Virus record (IMG/VR): IMGVR_UViG_3300032053_000002
Span: 1-64,000 of that record
DNA: 64,000 nucleotides
Strand: one strand, 5' to 3'
The notes beneath the pieces were generated by a model. That model did no database searches, was not told the origin of the DNA, and was given only the letters and a program-made list of their open reading frames with translations. Position numbers and translations under genes: made by a program. Below are positions 49,531 to 59,254 of the stretch, piece by piece. Within the stretch, counting starts at the first letter, position 1. The number at the start of each line of letters is the position of its first letter.

Positions 49531-50468
49531 TCTATTATTGACATCATTATCTCAGGTGTTTTTTCCAATGGCTCCAGAAAGGTTGAGTAATAATTCTCTA
49601 CAAAATTTCTATACTCTTCGTCGCCTTCAGTAGAGCAACCGAACCATCCCATATCCCCAGGAGCATTCCATTCACCATCATCAGTAATTACCGCGTAAGT
49701 CGAAAACATATTCGTTAATTTAATAAAATTCTCTTTAGTTAAATATCGATCTAAATAATATTTCGGACTATAATATGTTTTTGCGTGATGTTTCGATATT
49801 TTCTTTTTTCGTTCTTCTTCCGGTAGAGATAAAAATTCTTCTGAAGTAAACGGCACTACGTATTGCTCCCACAATTTTTCTTGTTCTTTGATTGACCTTT
49901 GATTTGGTTTCGCAGAATTTTTCCAATCGATTAAAATAAACGGCGCGTAATCGACATATCCCTGTTTCGGAGGCGGGGTTTGAATTCCGAGGTGCCCCGT
50001 TCCGGAAAACTCATATAAATACCGATATTTTTTAGGCACTTTGGAAATTGGTTTTAACTTTAATTCTCCGCTCCATCTCCCACCAACCGAATACCAATCC
50101 CACTTGGCGTCTTCATTCGTATATCTTCCCCAGTTGCCATCATCATTTTGAGAATATCCACTCCAGTCGTTCATCAATTTTTCGTAATTGTTTGTTTTTA
50201 GATATTCCAGATATTTTACAAAATAATCTTTTTTCTCTATACTTCCATCTTTATTAAGCGTTTTTATTTTCCGCCGTTTGCCATCACGGTCATAAAAAAC
50301 ATTTTTTAGAATATAATTTCGAATATCGTCCTTCTTACATTCCATTATAAAAGACGCGCGTGGGTCGTCCTTTATTTCTTCTTGCGACAATGTACACTCT
50401 AATTCATGATAAGGATATAGCTTATTCTCAACATCGTCGCCGATAACTAAAACCGAAAAATGCGACAT
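49518..50468 (-). CDS. Conserved phage hypothetical protein
   Basis: MSHFSVLVIG; KWDWYSVGGRWSG; GDMGWFG; IDCHI. Confidence 0.7.
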   Translation of the reverse strand: MSHFSVLVIGDDVENKLYPYHELECTLSQEEIKDDPRASFIMECKKDDIRNYILKNVFYDRDGKRRKIKTLNKDGSIEKKDYFVKYLEYLKTNNYEKLMNDWSGYSQNDDGNWGRYTNEDAKWDWYSVGGRWSGELKLKPISKVPKKYRYLYEFSGTGHLGIQTPPPKQGYVDYAPFILIDWKNSAKPNQRSIKEQEKLWEQYVVPFTSEEFLSLPEEERKKKISKHHAKTYYSPKYYLDRYLTKENFIKLTNMFSTYAVITDDGEWNAPGDMGWFGCSTEGDEEYRNFVENYYSTFLEPLEKTPEIMMSIIDCHI

Positions 50469-50983
50469 TATTGTTTTCCCCCGTATTTATTCCATAATTT
50501 ATTTAATTTTTCAATCGACTCTTTTGATAATTTACATTTGTCTATAAAATCATCGTATATATCAACAAACTCGTCTACGTCGGCTTTCCACGATACCTCT
50601 ATTGAACTATCCCGTATCACTCTTCGCAATTTTTCCAACCTCTTTTTGATTTTTTGGTATTTGTCTACGTCTATTTTGTTCGCATCTCGTTTGACTTTCA
50701 GTACAGAAGTGTCGCGATATGAATATCCTTTATAAAGTTTTTTACGTTTCAATTCCACCCATTTATCAATCGGATATACTTTACGAGAAGGATTTTTGCA
50801 ATCTATTCTTCCCCATTCCGCAACTAAATGTTTAGCATCAAGTTGCGATATTCTATAAAATTTGAAATGATTATCGTTGGTGTTTTCTAAATATACGGTT
50901 TCTCTCATTTGATCCTCGGATTCCAAATCTTTTATTATTTCATCTAGCGCGGTTAACGCTTTTTTATACGAATTCTTTATCAT
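50468..50983 (-). CDS. WGR-domain protein
   Basis: NHFKFYRI...AEWGRI...KKLYKGY. Confidence 0.7.
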   Translation of the reverse strand: MIKNSYKKALTALDEIIKDLESEDQMRETVYLENTNDNHFKFYRISQLDAKHLVAEWGRIDCKNPSRKVYPIDKWVELKRKKLYKGYSYRDTSVLKVKRDANKIDVDKYQKIKKRLEKLRRVIRDSSIEVSWKADVDEFVDIYDDFIDKCKLSKESIEKLNKLWNKYGGKQ

Positions 50984-50988
50984 ATCTG

Positions 50989-51017
50989 AATATACAAAAT
51001 AAAACCATACCAGTCAA
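50989..51017 (-). promoter_or_regulatory. sigma70-type early promoter
   Basis: TTGACT-N17-TATATT. Confidence 0.8.
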
Positions 51018-51020
51018 CCG

Positions 51021-51314
51021 TTATATTTTTCTCTTTTTATTCGCCATTGGAATTTGTTCCAATTCTCGATTTCTTATCCATTTAACGTAATTTCGGACTT
51101 TTTCGTTTTTCAATAGTTTAGAAATTGAGTTATATTCTCTTTCTAATTGTTTGTTCGGAATCAACTTATGTACCATGTCTTTACACGATAAACATACCAG
51201 AACAACGTCCGATTTCGAGCCTCCGCGACTCTTTGGGGTAAGGTGATGTTTGGTTAGAGTATTCACCGTTCTCTTACAGAGTTCACACGTTTTTAAAGAA
51301 TCCGAGAATTGCAT
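51021..51314 (-). CDS. Small HNH endonuclease-like protein
   Basis: CELC...HHLTPKSRGG...VCLSC..MVH. Confidence 0.75.
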   Translation of the reverse strand: MQFSDSLKTCELCKRTVNTLTKHHLTPKSRGGSKSDVVLVCLSCKDMVHKLIPNKQLEREYNSISKLLKNEKVRNYVKWIRNRELEQIPMANKKRKI

Positions 51315-51322
51315 GAATATAA

Positions 51323-51649
51323 CTATTCTTTCGGTTTAATAGATTTTAAAACACGGTCAATATCGTCGCTCACTTCTTTTTTAAGTCGTTTCAGAGTTTT
51401 ATTTACAATTTTGACATACATTAAATAAAAGATGTTGGAAAAAAACAAAATGAATATAAATATAAAAATCACGACAAGTGATGGCGAAAAAAATGCAAAA
51501 TACAAAAATAATAATAAAGAAATAAGTATTGATAAAACTTCATTGATATTAAAAATAATATCCAGACGTTTCTCCCATTTTTCTATTAGGTTGTTATTCA
51601 ACCGTATTTTGTCGTTTAATAAATTCATATTTTTTAATATCTTCTTCAA
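51323..51649 (-). CDS. Membrane protein
   Basis: Two TM segments. Confidence 0.45.
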   Translation of the reverse strand: MKKILKNMNLLNDKIRLNNNLIEKWEKRLDIIFNINEVLSILISLLLFLYFAFFSPSLVVIFIFIFILFFSNIFYLMYVKIVNKTLKRLKKEVSDDIDRVLKSIKPKE

Positions 51650-52406
51650 ACCACACTTTTAATTCATAACCACGTCGCTTCACGGCATCCCATTTCAGTT
51701 TATCATTTTCTCTTTCATAACCTTTTGTCTCGATATAATAAAAATTTTCATCGTTATCAAGAACTTTAAAATCTAAAAGATAAAAATGCTCTTTTCCATC
51801 AACTCCAATATATTTTATTCGATCATTTGTATATTCCCAATCTTTTATATCTCCGTCCCGTTTCCACCTATCAAGTATTTTACAAGTTCTTAGTTCATAC
51901 GTTCCTTGTACTTTTATTTTTCCATGCGTTGTTTCTACTTCCACCCATCTAGTTATTCCGCCAAAAACCGGTTTTCCATTTTCATACGATTTTTTTACCG
52001 CAAGAGATAAATTTTTTCTCGTTTCATTGCTCACAAAATGTCCCATTAAGGCTTCGCGTATTTTTACTAATGTTTCTTCAGAATAAACATTCGTTCTTCC
52101 CCTATTCCACGGAACTTGCCCTCTATGATTATCACTTATTTTTTTTAATCTTTCGTCCGTTTCTTTAGTCAGTCCTTTATTCCACGGAATTCTACCTTTA
52201 TTCCACGAAATTCTACCCTTATTTCTTTCCATTAATGTATTACTAACTTTTTCGTTTATTTCTTGCCGCATCTCTTTCGTTGAATAACCTCGAGCGCATT
52301 TTTTTGAGCAAAATGTTCCATCCGAATATTTACTATACTTTACAACTTCATTTATATTACAATATTTACATTTCATTTTATTTGTAATTTCCCACTTATT
52401 TTGCAC
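51594..52406 (-). CDS. Putative homing endonuclease (NUMOD-type repeats + TnsA-like PD-(D/E)XK)
   Basis: CKYC..FCSKKC; WNKG repeats; YE...Y.LDF...YIETKG; probable start 52376. Confidence 0.75.
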   Translation of the reverse strand: MQNKWEITNKMKCKYCNINEVVKYSKYSDGTFCSKKCARGYSTKEMRQEINEKVSNTLMERNKGRISWNKGRIPWNKGLTKETDERLKKISDNHRGQVPWNRGRTNVYSEETLVKIREALMGHFVSNETRKNLSLAVKKSYENGKPVFGGITRWVEVETTHGKIKVQGTYELRTCKILDRWKRDGDIKDWEYTNDRIKYIGVDGKEHFYLLDFKVLDNDENFYYIETKGYERENDKLKWDAVKRRGYELKVWFEEDIKKYEFIKRQNTVE

Positions 52407-52452
52407 TCTCGGCAGGATTTGAACCCGCCCTATTCCGTTGCTCTACGAGAGC
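52404..52452 (-). ncRNA. 49-nt tRNA minihelix-like RNA (acceptor stem + T-arm only)
   Basis: GCUCUCG-UAGAGCAACGGAAUAGG-GCGGG-UUCAAAU-CCUGC-CGAGAGU-G-CAA. Confidence 0.6.
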
Positions 52453-52814
52453 ATTATTCCTTCTATAATATCATGGCTTATTTCGCGAAGATTTTCAAAC
52501 TCTCTCCAGCCTTCCCATTTCTTTTCCAATATCCGAAATTCTTCTTCGGTTTCGGCTAATGATATTTCGTGTATAAATTCGTGTAAGTTATTCTTATCAA
52601 ACAACTTATTTACATTTATCGCAGTATTTATCTTTTTTATTTTTCGCAACAAATTGTTTCCCACACTTTTTACAATCATTTATATGTCCGATAATATGAG
52701 GTTTAACATTGGGATTGCATATCGAGCACTGCATCCAATCCAATGAACCGGTATGCACGTGCCCGAAATGCGCATTTATTGAATCCTTGTTCATATTTTA
52801 TTCCTTTTAATTAG

Positions 52815-52895
52815 TATCCACGGCAGGATTTGAACCTGCGTTTTCAGCTCCGTACTACGGCTAATGCGTTCGTAGCGCATCCCGGCTACGTGGAC
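52815..52895 (-). tRNA. Non-canonical D-armless tRNA-like RNA, anticodon ACG (Arg), long variable arm
   Basis: GUCCACG/CGUGGAU acceptor; 8-nt UAGCCGGG linker; AUGCG-CUACGAA-CGCAU; 24-nt variable region; GCAGG-UUCAAAU-CCUGC; ends A-CUA. Confidence 0.75.
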
Positions 52896-52901
52896 ATATA
52901 T

Positions 52902-53123
52902 TTATTCTTTTACTTCCAACTCCGCTGCCGCTTCGGCTTTCACTTTCTTCTTCGGTTTATATTCAATTTCATTTCCACCGCTCAGTATTTCGCCGCACTT
53001 TGGGCAGGTTAGCCAAAAAAACAGTTCACCCTCTTCCTTTTTAGGAACAACCGACTTAAATTGATAATTCCTATCACAAGTCTCGCAATAAAAACCTCGT
53101 TTACTAGCCATTATATTCTCCAC
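52902..53123 (-). CDS. Small Zn-ribbon protein
   Basis: CETC...CPKCG. Confidence 0.55.
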   Translation of the reverse strand: MENIMASKRGFYCETCDRNYQFKSVVPKKEEGELFFWLTCPKCGEILSGGNEIEYKPKKKVKAEAAAELEVKE

Positions 53124-53138
53124 TTTTTATATGTACCG

Positions 53139-53167
53139 AATATACAAAAAAATAGAATCATAGTCAA
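53139..53167 (-). promoter_or_regulatory. sigma70-type early promoter (tRNA-like RNA unit)
   Basis: TTGACT-N17-TATATT. Confidence 0.8.
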
Positions 53168-53170
53168 GTA

Positions 53171-53575
53171 TTATTTTGAAAATAATTCCGTTTGTATTCG
53201 CAAAACTTCATGTATCAAGTTCATTTTCGTAAATGACGGGCAATCTCTGGCATGACACTCCGGAAAATTAAACGTTTTCTCCGCCGGATTCAAAATCGCG
53301 TCCGATGCTACTTTCCATCTGCTATCGAGTCGGCATACCTTTTCCGTAGAAATGAGCGATACGATATTAAACAATTCTTCTGAGCCAAATTTTGATTTAT
53401 CGAATATATGCACTATAACACTGCCCATATCAGGAATACCATGAGCGGATACAATCCTATCATCTATACGATAAATCGACATCAATATTTCTATTTTCTG
53501 AGATCTTGTTTTTACTTCTTCTTCCGACACCTTTAACTTCTCCACATCGAGTTTACTACCTATAAATATATTCAA
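53171..53575 (-). CDS. Hypothetical protein
   Basis: Coupled ORF. Confidence 0.45.
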   Translation of the reverse strand: MNIFIGSKLDVEKLKVSEEEVKTRSQKIEILMSIYRIDDRIVSAHGIPDMGSVIVHIFDKSKFGSEELFNIVSLISTEKVCRLDSRWKVASDAILNPAEKTFNFPECHARDCPSFTKMNLIHEVLRIQTELFSK

Positions 53576-54205
53576 TTATTTATTTTCCTCTATAATCATT
53601 TTTAAAAAGAAACGAACAAACTTTTTATTCATCGATACTCGTCTTTTAATTGGATTATATTTATATGTTTCCGTTGAGTATGCGTTTAAACTTCCGAATC
53701 TTCTGGCAAAAAAATCGCTCGAATCTCGATATTCTTTAGTTAGTGGCTGATATATGATTCCGACTTTATGTTGTCTGCAAAATTCTCTGAGATTGGATTC
53801 AACTGCTTCATTTTTGTTATCTAAACTCGACCATATAAAATCGTTAGCAGTATCTTCGGCAATATGCTCATGCATATCTAAAAATATTTCCGGTTTATAT
53901 TCTTTTATTATATCTTGTAATTCTTTCATAAATTTTAATTTTGTTCTCGCCCGATACTCACGATTTAAATTGAAATTTTCCTGAAGACCGTCGCGGGTTT
54001 TAATACCTGAATAAAATCTGTTTTCATCGGCGAATCCCTGTTTATTTAAACAGGATATTATCCACACATCATTTTTTAATTTCTTAGTCAAAATGGATTC
54101 TATCGCTATAACCGGTGCTTTCTCGTCTCCATGAGAACCCGCTACAATAAATAATCTTGGTTCTCCAAACTGATGTATTGTTACGCCGTTAGATAACCTC
54201 AGCAT
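53576..54205 (-). CDS. M14 metallocarboxypeptidase / desuccinylase-like protein
   Basis: AGSHGDE; NLNR; FLDMHE; C-terminal E. Confidence 0.75.
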   Translation of the reverse strand: MLRLSNGVTIHQFGEPRLFIVAGSHGDEKAPVIAIESILTKKLKNDVWIISCLNKQGFADENRFYSGIKTRDGLQENFNLNREYRARTKLKFMKELQDIIKEYKPEIFLDMHEHIAEDTANDFIWSSLDNKNEAVESNLREFCRQHKVGIIYQPLTKEYRDSSDFFARRFGSLNAYSTETYKYNPIKRRVSMNKKFVRFFLKMIIEENK

Positions 54206-54395
54206 ATATTTTCCTTAACAGTTAGTTTTATATTTTTTTACTTTCCCCGACCACCGCCGTACACATATCAGACACGTATTATTTATTTTTATTATTTTCC
54301 TAATCAGAAAACGTTTGTACACTTTTGAATTAGTTGTGTTTTTTATTGTTTCTTTCATCTTAATTTATTCGCCCTTTCCGAATTCTATAAACATA

Positions 54396-54869
54396 TTATT
54401 TCTTTAATATTTTAGTCGCCAGTTCTACCAGCTTTTCATTAAACCCATCCAACATATTCGTATGTAAAACATTATCAGGAAAAAACGGCCAAATATCGTC
54501 AACATCGTCGTCTAATATCAGAAATGATTTCACGTTTTCCTTATTGTTTTCCAACCATTGTGATATTTCTTTCCCGCGAATATCTTCCCGAGTCTTTGGA
54601 GTGAGCCCAATAACTTCCCAATTAACATTCTTTTTTTCAAATAGTTGTTGAAAATAGTCAATCGTCTTCCCGTATCGCCAACTTGAAGATATTACGATTT
54701 TGGAATCAGTCAAAGAGATAAGTTTATTTAACGCGATAATACAATCATCGTCCAGAGATTGTAAATCCCTTTCATCACTGGATAACTTTTTATCCCGTAA
54801 ATTTTCAATGCTCTTTCTAGTAACGAGAACCCCGTCTAGATCAAGAAAAATAATGTTAAACTTTTCCAT
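54396..54869 (-). CDS. HAD phosphatase (Swiss-army-knife RNA-repair type)
   Basis: IFLDLDGVL; KIVISSSWR; RGKEI..WL; ILDD. Confidence 0.85.
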   Translation of the reverse strand: MEKFNIIFLDLDGVLVTRKSIENLRDKKLSSDERDLQSLDDDCIIALNKLISLTDSKIVISSSWRYGKTIDYFQQLFEKKNVNWEVIGLTPKTREDIRGKEISQWLENNKENVKSFLILDDDVDDIWPFFPDNVLHTNMLDGFNEKLVELATKILKK

Positions 54870-54874
54870 ATACT

Positions 54875-54903
54875 AATATACCACCCCAGAAATTAACAGT
54901 CAA
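54875..54903 (-). promoter_or_regulatory. sigma70-type early promoter
   Basis: TTGACT-N17-TATATT. Confidence 0.8.
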
Positions 54904-54930
54904 CCGAATCTTTAAAGATTGTGAAACCTT

Positions 54931-56919
54931 TCACGAGCGACGACTCTTATTTTTTAACCACTGAAATACCCTGTCCACGTTGATTGATTTTTCAAAAATT
55001 TCTTCTTTATGCCCGATTACAGAATAAACATATTCGTCAATTGTATTTTCGCCCAAAAGATAATAGATATTTACAGGATTTTGTTGACCTATCCTATGCA
55101 ACCTATCTTCCGCTTGTGACAATAACGCCGGTGTCCACGGTAATTCAACAAACGCAATCTTATCGCAAATTCTCTGTAATCCATCGATACCTATTCCGGC
55201 CGATTGCAGCGAACCGATGAAAATCTTTATATCTTTTTCAGCTATGAATCGGTTTATAGTGTCGCTAACTTCATTCGCCATCCCGCCATACAACATCACC
55301 GAACAATTTCTGTATTTATTAAAAAGATTTTCTATTATGTCGCGATGATGAGCGAAAATAACCAACTTATCAACTTGCTCCAAAGTATCGTCAACCCATT
55401 CGAATATCGCGTCCATTTTGTACGTCGCCGTGGCCTGTCGTAAGTATTCTATTTTAACCATTTTTTCTGCGTATTCACTGCGAGTTGTTAGTTTTTCTTC
55501 AATCAACTCTTCTACTTCAATTTCAGATAGATTTTGTTTCTTTAACTTTTCTTCATACCAGTTTATAGAGTCATCTTCTACTTCTTTATATTTTTTGTAA
55601 TCAGATAAAGGCAAATAAACTACCTGTTTTATCTTGTCTGGTAATTCCTTTAACACGTCTTTTTTCATTCGCCGAATCATACAGGATTTTCTTAGTTCGG
55701 TCTGCAACTCTTCTTCATTCGCGGAAGTGTATATCGTTCCGAAACCATTAAATTGCGGCGGTGCATATCTGCGAATAAATCGTCTTTTCCCACCGAAGTG
55801 AGAATCCAAAACACCCAACAATTCCAACTGCGGCGCCAATTCTATTGTTCTATTCAGGATAGGCGTTCCCGTTGTTAAAATGCGATATGAAACATTTTCA
55901 AAATATTTTAATATTGCTATTGTGCGCTGGGAGTTAGATGTTTTCAAATAATGCGACTCATCTGCTATCAAACACTTCGGTTTTCTTATCATAAGTCTGT
56001 CGCCAACTTTGGAAATCATATTGTAACTAACCACGTAAATATCAGAGTTCGGAAAAACGCTGCTGTTGTCTATCTTTGATGCCGTCCGATGTGGAATCCA
56101 ACTTTCTATTTCTCTCAACCAATTTCTCACAATCATGGCCGGAACAACAATTACTGCGGGGTATAATTGGTGATATTCAATAATCGCCAATGCTTGAATT
56201 GTTTTTCCGAGACCCATTTCATCCGCGATTAAAATTCCGTTCCGATGTTTAGAATATTCGACGGCGACTTTCTGAAACGGATATAATCTCTCAAACATTC
56301 CTTTGAATTCATCTGATTCGTTTATAGATTCCATAGTTGACAGTATAAATAATTTTTTTTGTTGACCTACCTCTATTTTAGCTTTATTTATCGCCTTCTC
56401 CATTTTCTTTTCGTCTATGTTATAACCGATCTCTTTAATTAGCGGATTGTTCAGCAGTTCTTCGAAAATGTTTTCATCACGTATTACAGTAAACCATAGC
56501 GGATCAGAATTCTGGCGATATTCGAATTGTAAGTCCAAATCTTCTTTGAAAAATTTAATTAACGGCTCGAACTTGTTTCGCGGAAGCCATGGTAAACGAA
56601 TCTCTAATACGTTGTTATCGCCCATAATTTTTATTTCTATCGCCTGAAAAACCGGTCGACTTTCGCCTCCGCTTTTTTCTTTTTGGTATTCTTCCAACGA
56701 ATAATATTTTATTCCCAGACTTCTGAAATAATCATTGTACTTTATCAAAGAATCGTTTAGTAATTTTATTATTTCGTAATCCTTTATTTTTCCGCGAAGT
56801 AAATGACTAAACAACATCAAATCCGGAGGAGAAATACCTGTTATTTTTCCTTTAGCGGCATAATCCAGGAGCAACTTTACGAATTTTACGATGTAGTGAT
56901 TCTCAAAATTATTTGCCAA
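54931..56919 (-). CDS. SNF2/HARP-like helicase
   Basis: LYPFQ; ADEMGLGKT; DESH; TGTP; RR.K; QAEDRLHRIGQ. Confidence 0.92.
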   Translation of the reverse strand: MANNFENHYIVKFVKLLLDYAAKGKITGISPPDLMLFSHLLRGKIKDYEIIKLLNDSLIKYNDYFRSLGIKYYSLEEYQKEKSGGESRPVFQAIEIKIMGDNNVLEIRLPWLPRNKFEPLIKFFKEDLDLQFEYRQNSDPLWFTVIRDENIFEELLNNPLIKEIGYNIDEKKMEKAINKAKIEVGQQKKLFILSTMESINESDEFKGMFERLYPFQKVAVEYSKHRNGILIADEMGLGKTIQALAIIEYHQLYPAVIVVPAMIVRNWLREIESWIPHRTASKIDNSSVFPNSDIYVVSYNMISKVGDRLMIRKPKCLIADESHYLKTSNSQRTIAILKYFENVSYRILTTGTPILNRTIELAPQLELLGVLDSHFGGKRRFIRRYAPPQFNGFGTIYTSANEEELQTELRKSCMIRRMKKDVLKELPDKIKQVVYLPLSDYKKYKEVEDDSINWYEEKLKKQNLSEIEVEELIEEKLTTRSEYAEKMVKIEYLRQATATYKMDAIFEWVDDTLEQVDKLVIFAHHRDIIENLFNKYRNCSVMLYGGMANEVSDTINRFIAEKDIKIFIGSLQSAGIGIDGLQRICDKIAFVELPWTPALLSQAEDRLHRIGQQNPVNIYYLLGENTIDEYVYSVIGHKEEIFEKSINVDRVFQWLKNKSRRS

Positions 56920-57340
56920 ATGCTTGCTCCAGTATAGGAAGATGCCTATAAAACATTTTTTTCTCGGCTTCTTCTTTGCTCAAAAACCCCGCCCAATCAA
57001 CCTCTTCTTTTTGCAACAAATCACTCACAACAACCGGATATACAAATTCCGCGATTCGCGGATTAGTTATTTCAACTATGAAACAGAAAACTTTTTTATA
57101 CACCTTTCCTTTTTTATCGGTATATTCTATAATAATTGGAACATCGGACTTTATCATACCCCTTGAAAATCGCACACCGATTTCTTCTTCCGTTTCGCGA
57201 ATAGCGGCATCTATCACATCTTCACCGTTCTCTATTTCGCCTTTAGGAATCGAGTACGTCCCATTCCAGGATGCATTAGTCGGGTGGCATAACAAAATCT
57301 TATTATCGTAAATTATCGCGAGCCCGGCAGATTTTTTCAT
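56909..57340 (-). CDS. NUDIX hydrolase
   Basis: PKGEIENGEDVIDAAIRETEEEIG. Confidence 0.92.
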   Translation of the reverse strand: MKKSAGLAIIYDNKILLCHPTNASWNGTYSIPKGEIENGEDVIDAAIRETEEEIGVRFSRGMIKSDVPIIIEYTDKKGKVYKKVFCFIVEITNPRIAEFVYPVVVSDLLQKEEVDWAGFLSKEEAEKKMFYRHLPILEQAFGK

Positions 57341-58107
57341 TCCACTAACTCTCCGTCTTTTTTATAGATTATATTTTTTAGATAGTCGCGATTGTCGGCG
57401 AAAAACGGAACGTCATTATCAAGTACCCACTTTGACCTGAGAACTTTTTGCCCATCTTCGGTAACAATCTCATACATATATTTTTTTACGGTGAATCCCC
57501 ACTTCTGAGCACTGGGTAATTCTTCCCACTTTTCACCTTTACCTTTTAATTCACACATTTCTCTTAACTCGTCAGAATTTTTATTCAGTAATACTTTTTG
57601 ACTAAACATAGAATGCGCAAGAGATTGGATAGAATTTCTCTTTGCGTCAAATTGTCGCCAGATGAAAATGTTTTCCACTTCGTTTAGCGGAACATTAAAT
57701 ACCCGACAATCAAAGTATGCCAGTGAGTTGGGAAGCGCAATCACACTGTTGAAATTGGCAGTAAAAATAGATGCGATTACAGAAGAAACCTTTTGAATAT
57801 TTCCGCCAAACCACACCTGAGACTTTTCTCCACCCCAGACTCCACCACCCATTAAAAATGTCGCTTCATCTGATTGACTATATGCCATAGCGACAGACCC
57901 AATTTCTTTACAAGTTTCAACCGCCGCGATTCCCATTGCAGTAGACAACGCCCAATCAAACGGCCGTTTGAACTCATTTTTTCCAACCCAGGTATGAAAC
58001 GCTTTACCATCCACTCGAACAAAAATCGGAAGGTTCACGTCTAAATAGATTCTACTTTTTTCTTCGTACGCTTTTAGACGGTTTCCCATCTCGTCTTTTT
58101 TCTTCAT
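57337..58107 (-). CDS. tRNA-His guanylyltransferase Thg1-like 3'-5' polymerase
   Basis: RVDGKAFH; YSQSDE; FDCR; WRQ.DA.RNS. Confidence 0.92.
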   Translation of the reverse strand: MKKKDEMGNRLKAYEEKSRIYLDVNLPIFVRVDGKAFHTWVGKNEFKRPFDWALSTAMGIAAVETCKEIGSVAMAYSQSDEATFLMGGGVWGGEKSQVWFGGNIQKVSSVIASIFTANFNSVIALPNSLAYFDCRVFNVPLNEVENIFIWRQFDAKRNSIQSLAHSMFSQKVLLNKNSDELREMCELKGKGEKWEELPSAQKWGFTVKKYMYEIVTEDGQKVLRSKWVLDNDVPFFADNRDYLKNIIYKKDGELVE

Positions 58108-58313
58108 CAGAAATTTCCTCTTTTTTTGGATTATAGTTTATTTCTTTTATATCATATTCGGAACAGGCTTTATCCGCAATTTTATATAACCTATTCCACT
58201 CTTCTTCAGTTTCAGTAGAAACACTATTCTTCTGTTTTTCTTTTCGATATTTTTCGCAAATTTTCGCGAACGCTGACAGACTATCCATTAGTTCCGAATG
58301 TTTAGTCATATGA

Positions 58314-58496
58314 TTAGTATTTCTCGTTAAATACTTCGTCTTGACATTTCTGGCATAACCCACTTATCCGAAATTCTTTTTTCGGCAGTTCGTCGAGAAA
58401 ATCATTCTCGTTTACTGGTTTTTTGCAAAATGGGCAAATACCAATATCCTTCAGTCCGGACTCGATAGGAAACAACACTTCAACAGGTTTAGACAT
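58314..58496 (-). CDS. Small Zn-finger protein
   Basis: CPFC...EFRISGLCQKCQD. Confidence 0.6.
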   Translation of the reverse strand: MSKPVEVLFPIESGLKDIGICPFCKKPVNENDFLDELPKKEFRISGLCQKCQDEVFNEKY

Positions 58497-58526
58497 TTCT
58501 TAATTCCTTATAATAACACATAATTA

Positions 58527-58555
58527 AATATACGAAAATAAAGTACATAAGTCAA
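58527..58555 (-). promoter_or_regulatory. sigma70-type early promoter
   Basis: TTGACT-N17-TATATT. Confidence 0.8.
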
Positions 58556-58581
58556 CCGTTATTTTTAACACAAAAGGCGAC

Positions 58582-59187
58582 CTATTTATAAAGTTTTATT
58601 CTGATTACTTTATATCCCAAACTTTCTAAGTATTTTTGTTTTTCTATGTCTCGTTTTTTATAACTACCATCGAAATTAAAATGATGTTTTTCATCTATTT
58701 CTATTATTACTTTCTTTTCTTCATCAACCCCATCCGGCCAATAACCACCAATACACTTTTCTCCACCATTTTCGGCATGCTGAAAATCACAACCGTGTCG
58801 TTTTCCATATTCGTCTATAAGTTTGCACGCGTTTTTATTATAATTAGGCATTATTTGCCCGTATTTTTCTTTTATTTCTTTTATTCTTCTTATTCTACGA
58901 GATTTATTTAATTCACTTTGTTTTTTGTTCGCATATTCTTTTCCGTGTTTTTCTAACCACACATCATATACAGATCGACCATACATAGGATTTTTTTTAC
59001 CTAATCTTCCCTTACTATTCTTTTCTCTAGATTCTAAACTTTTAGACGGATGTTTATCTCCTTTAGCAATCATAGTTTTACTTATTTTTTCTCTAACTTC
59101 CAGACGTTTGGCCGGATTGTTATCTCCAAACATCTCTGGTCGTTTCTTACCAATCCAATATCCAATTCTTCTTTTTTTAATTTTCAT
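58582..59187 (-). CDS. Putative homing endonuclease (NUMOD3 + Vsr/DUF559-like), paralog of 7401-8114
   Basis: NNPAKR; NPMYGR; PNYN; QHAENGGE; YWPDG; IIEIDE.HH; LGYKVIRI. Confidence 0.75.
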   Translation of the reverse strand: MKIKKRRIGYWIGKKRPEMFGDNNPAKRLEVREKISKTMIAKGDKHPSKSLESREKNSKGRLGKKNPMYGRSVYDVWLEKHGKEYANKKQSELNKSRRIRRIKEIKEKYGQIMPNYNKNACKLIDEYGKRHGCDFQHAENGGEKCIGGYWPDGVDEEKKVIIEIDEKHHFNFDGSYKKRDIEKQKYLESLGYKVIRIKLYK

Positions 59188-59226
59188 TTTTTATCAACTT
59201 ATCAAAGTTTTATTGTATTATATATG

Positions 59227-59254
59227 AAAATGGGTGATTAAAAATCACCCATTT
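59227..59254 (-). terminator. Intrinsic terminator
   Basis: aaatgggtgatt-ttt-aatcacccattt. Confidence 0.75.

Noticed and set aside
54215-54360. Possible frameshifted small ORF
   Set aside because: Too short and AT-rich to support without homologs.
11265-58584. Genome-wide TAG recoding (code 15)
   Set aside because: Long genes are intact in code 11 and TAG ends primase and other genes right at the next gene boundary.
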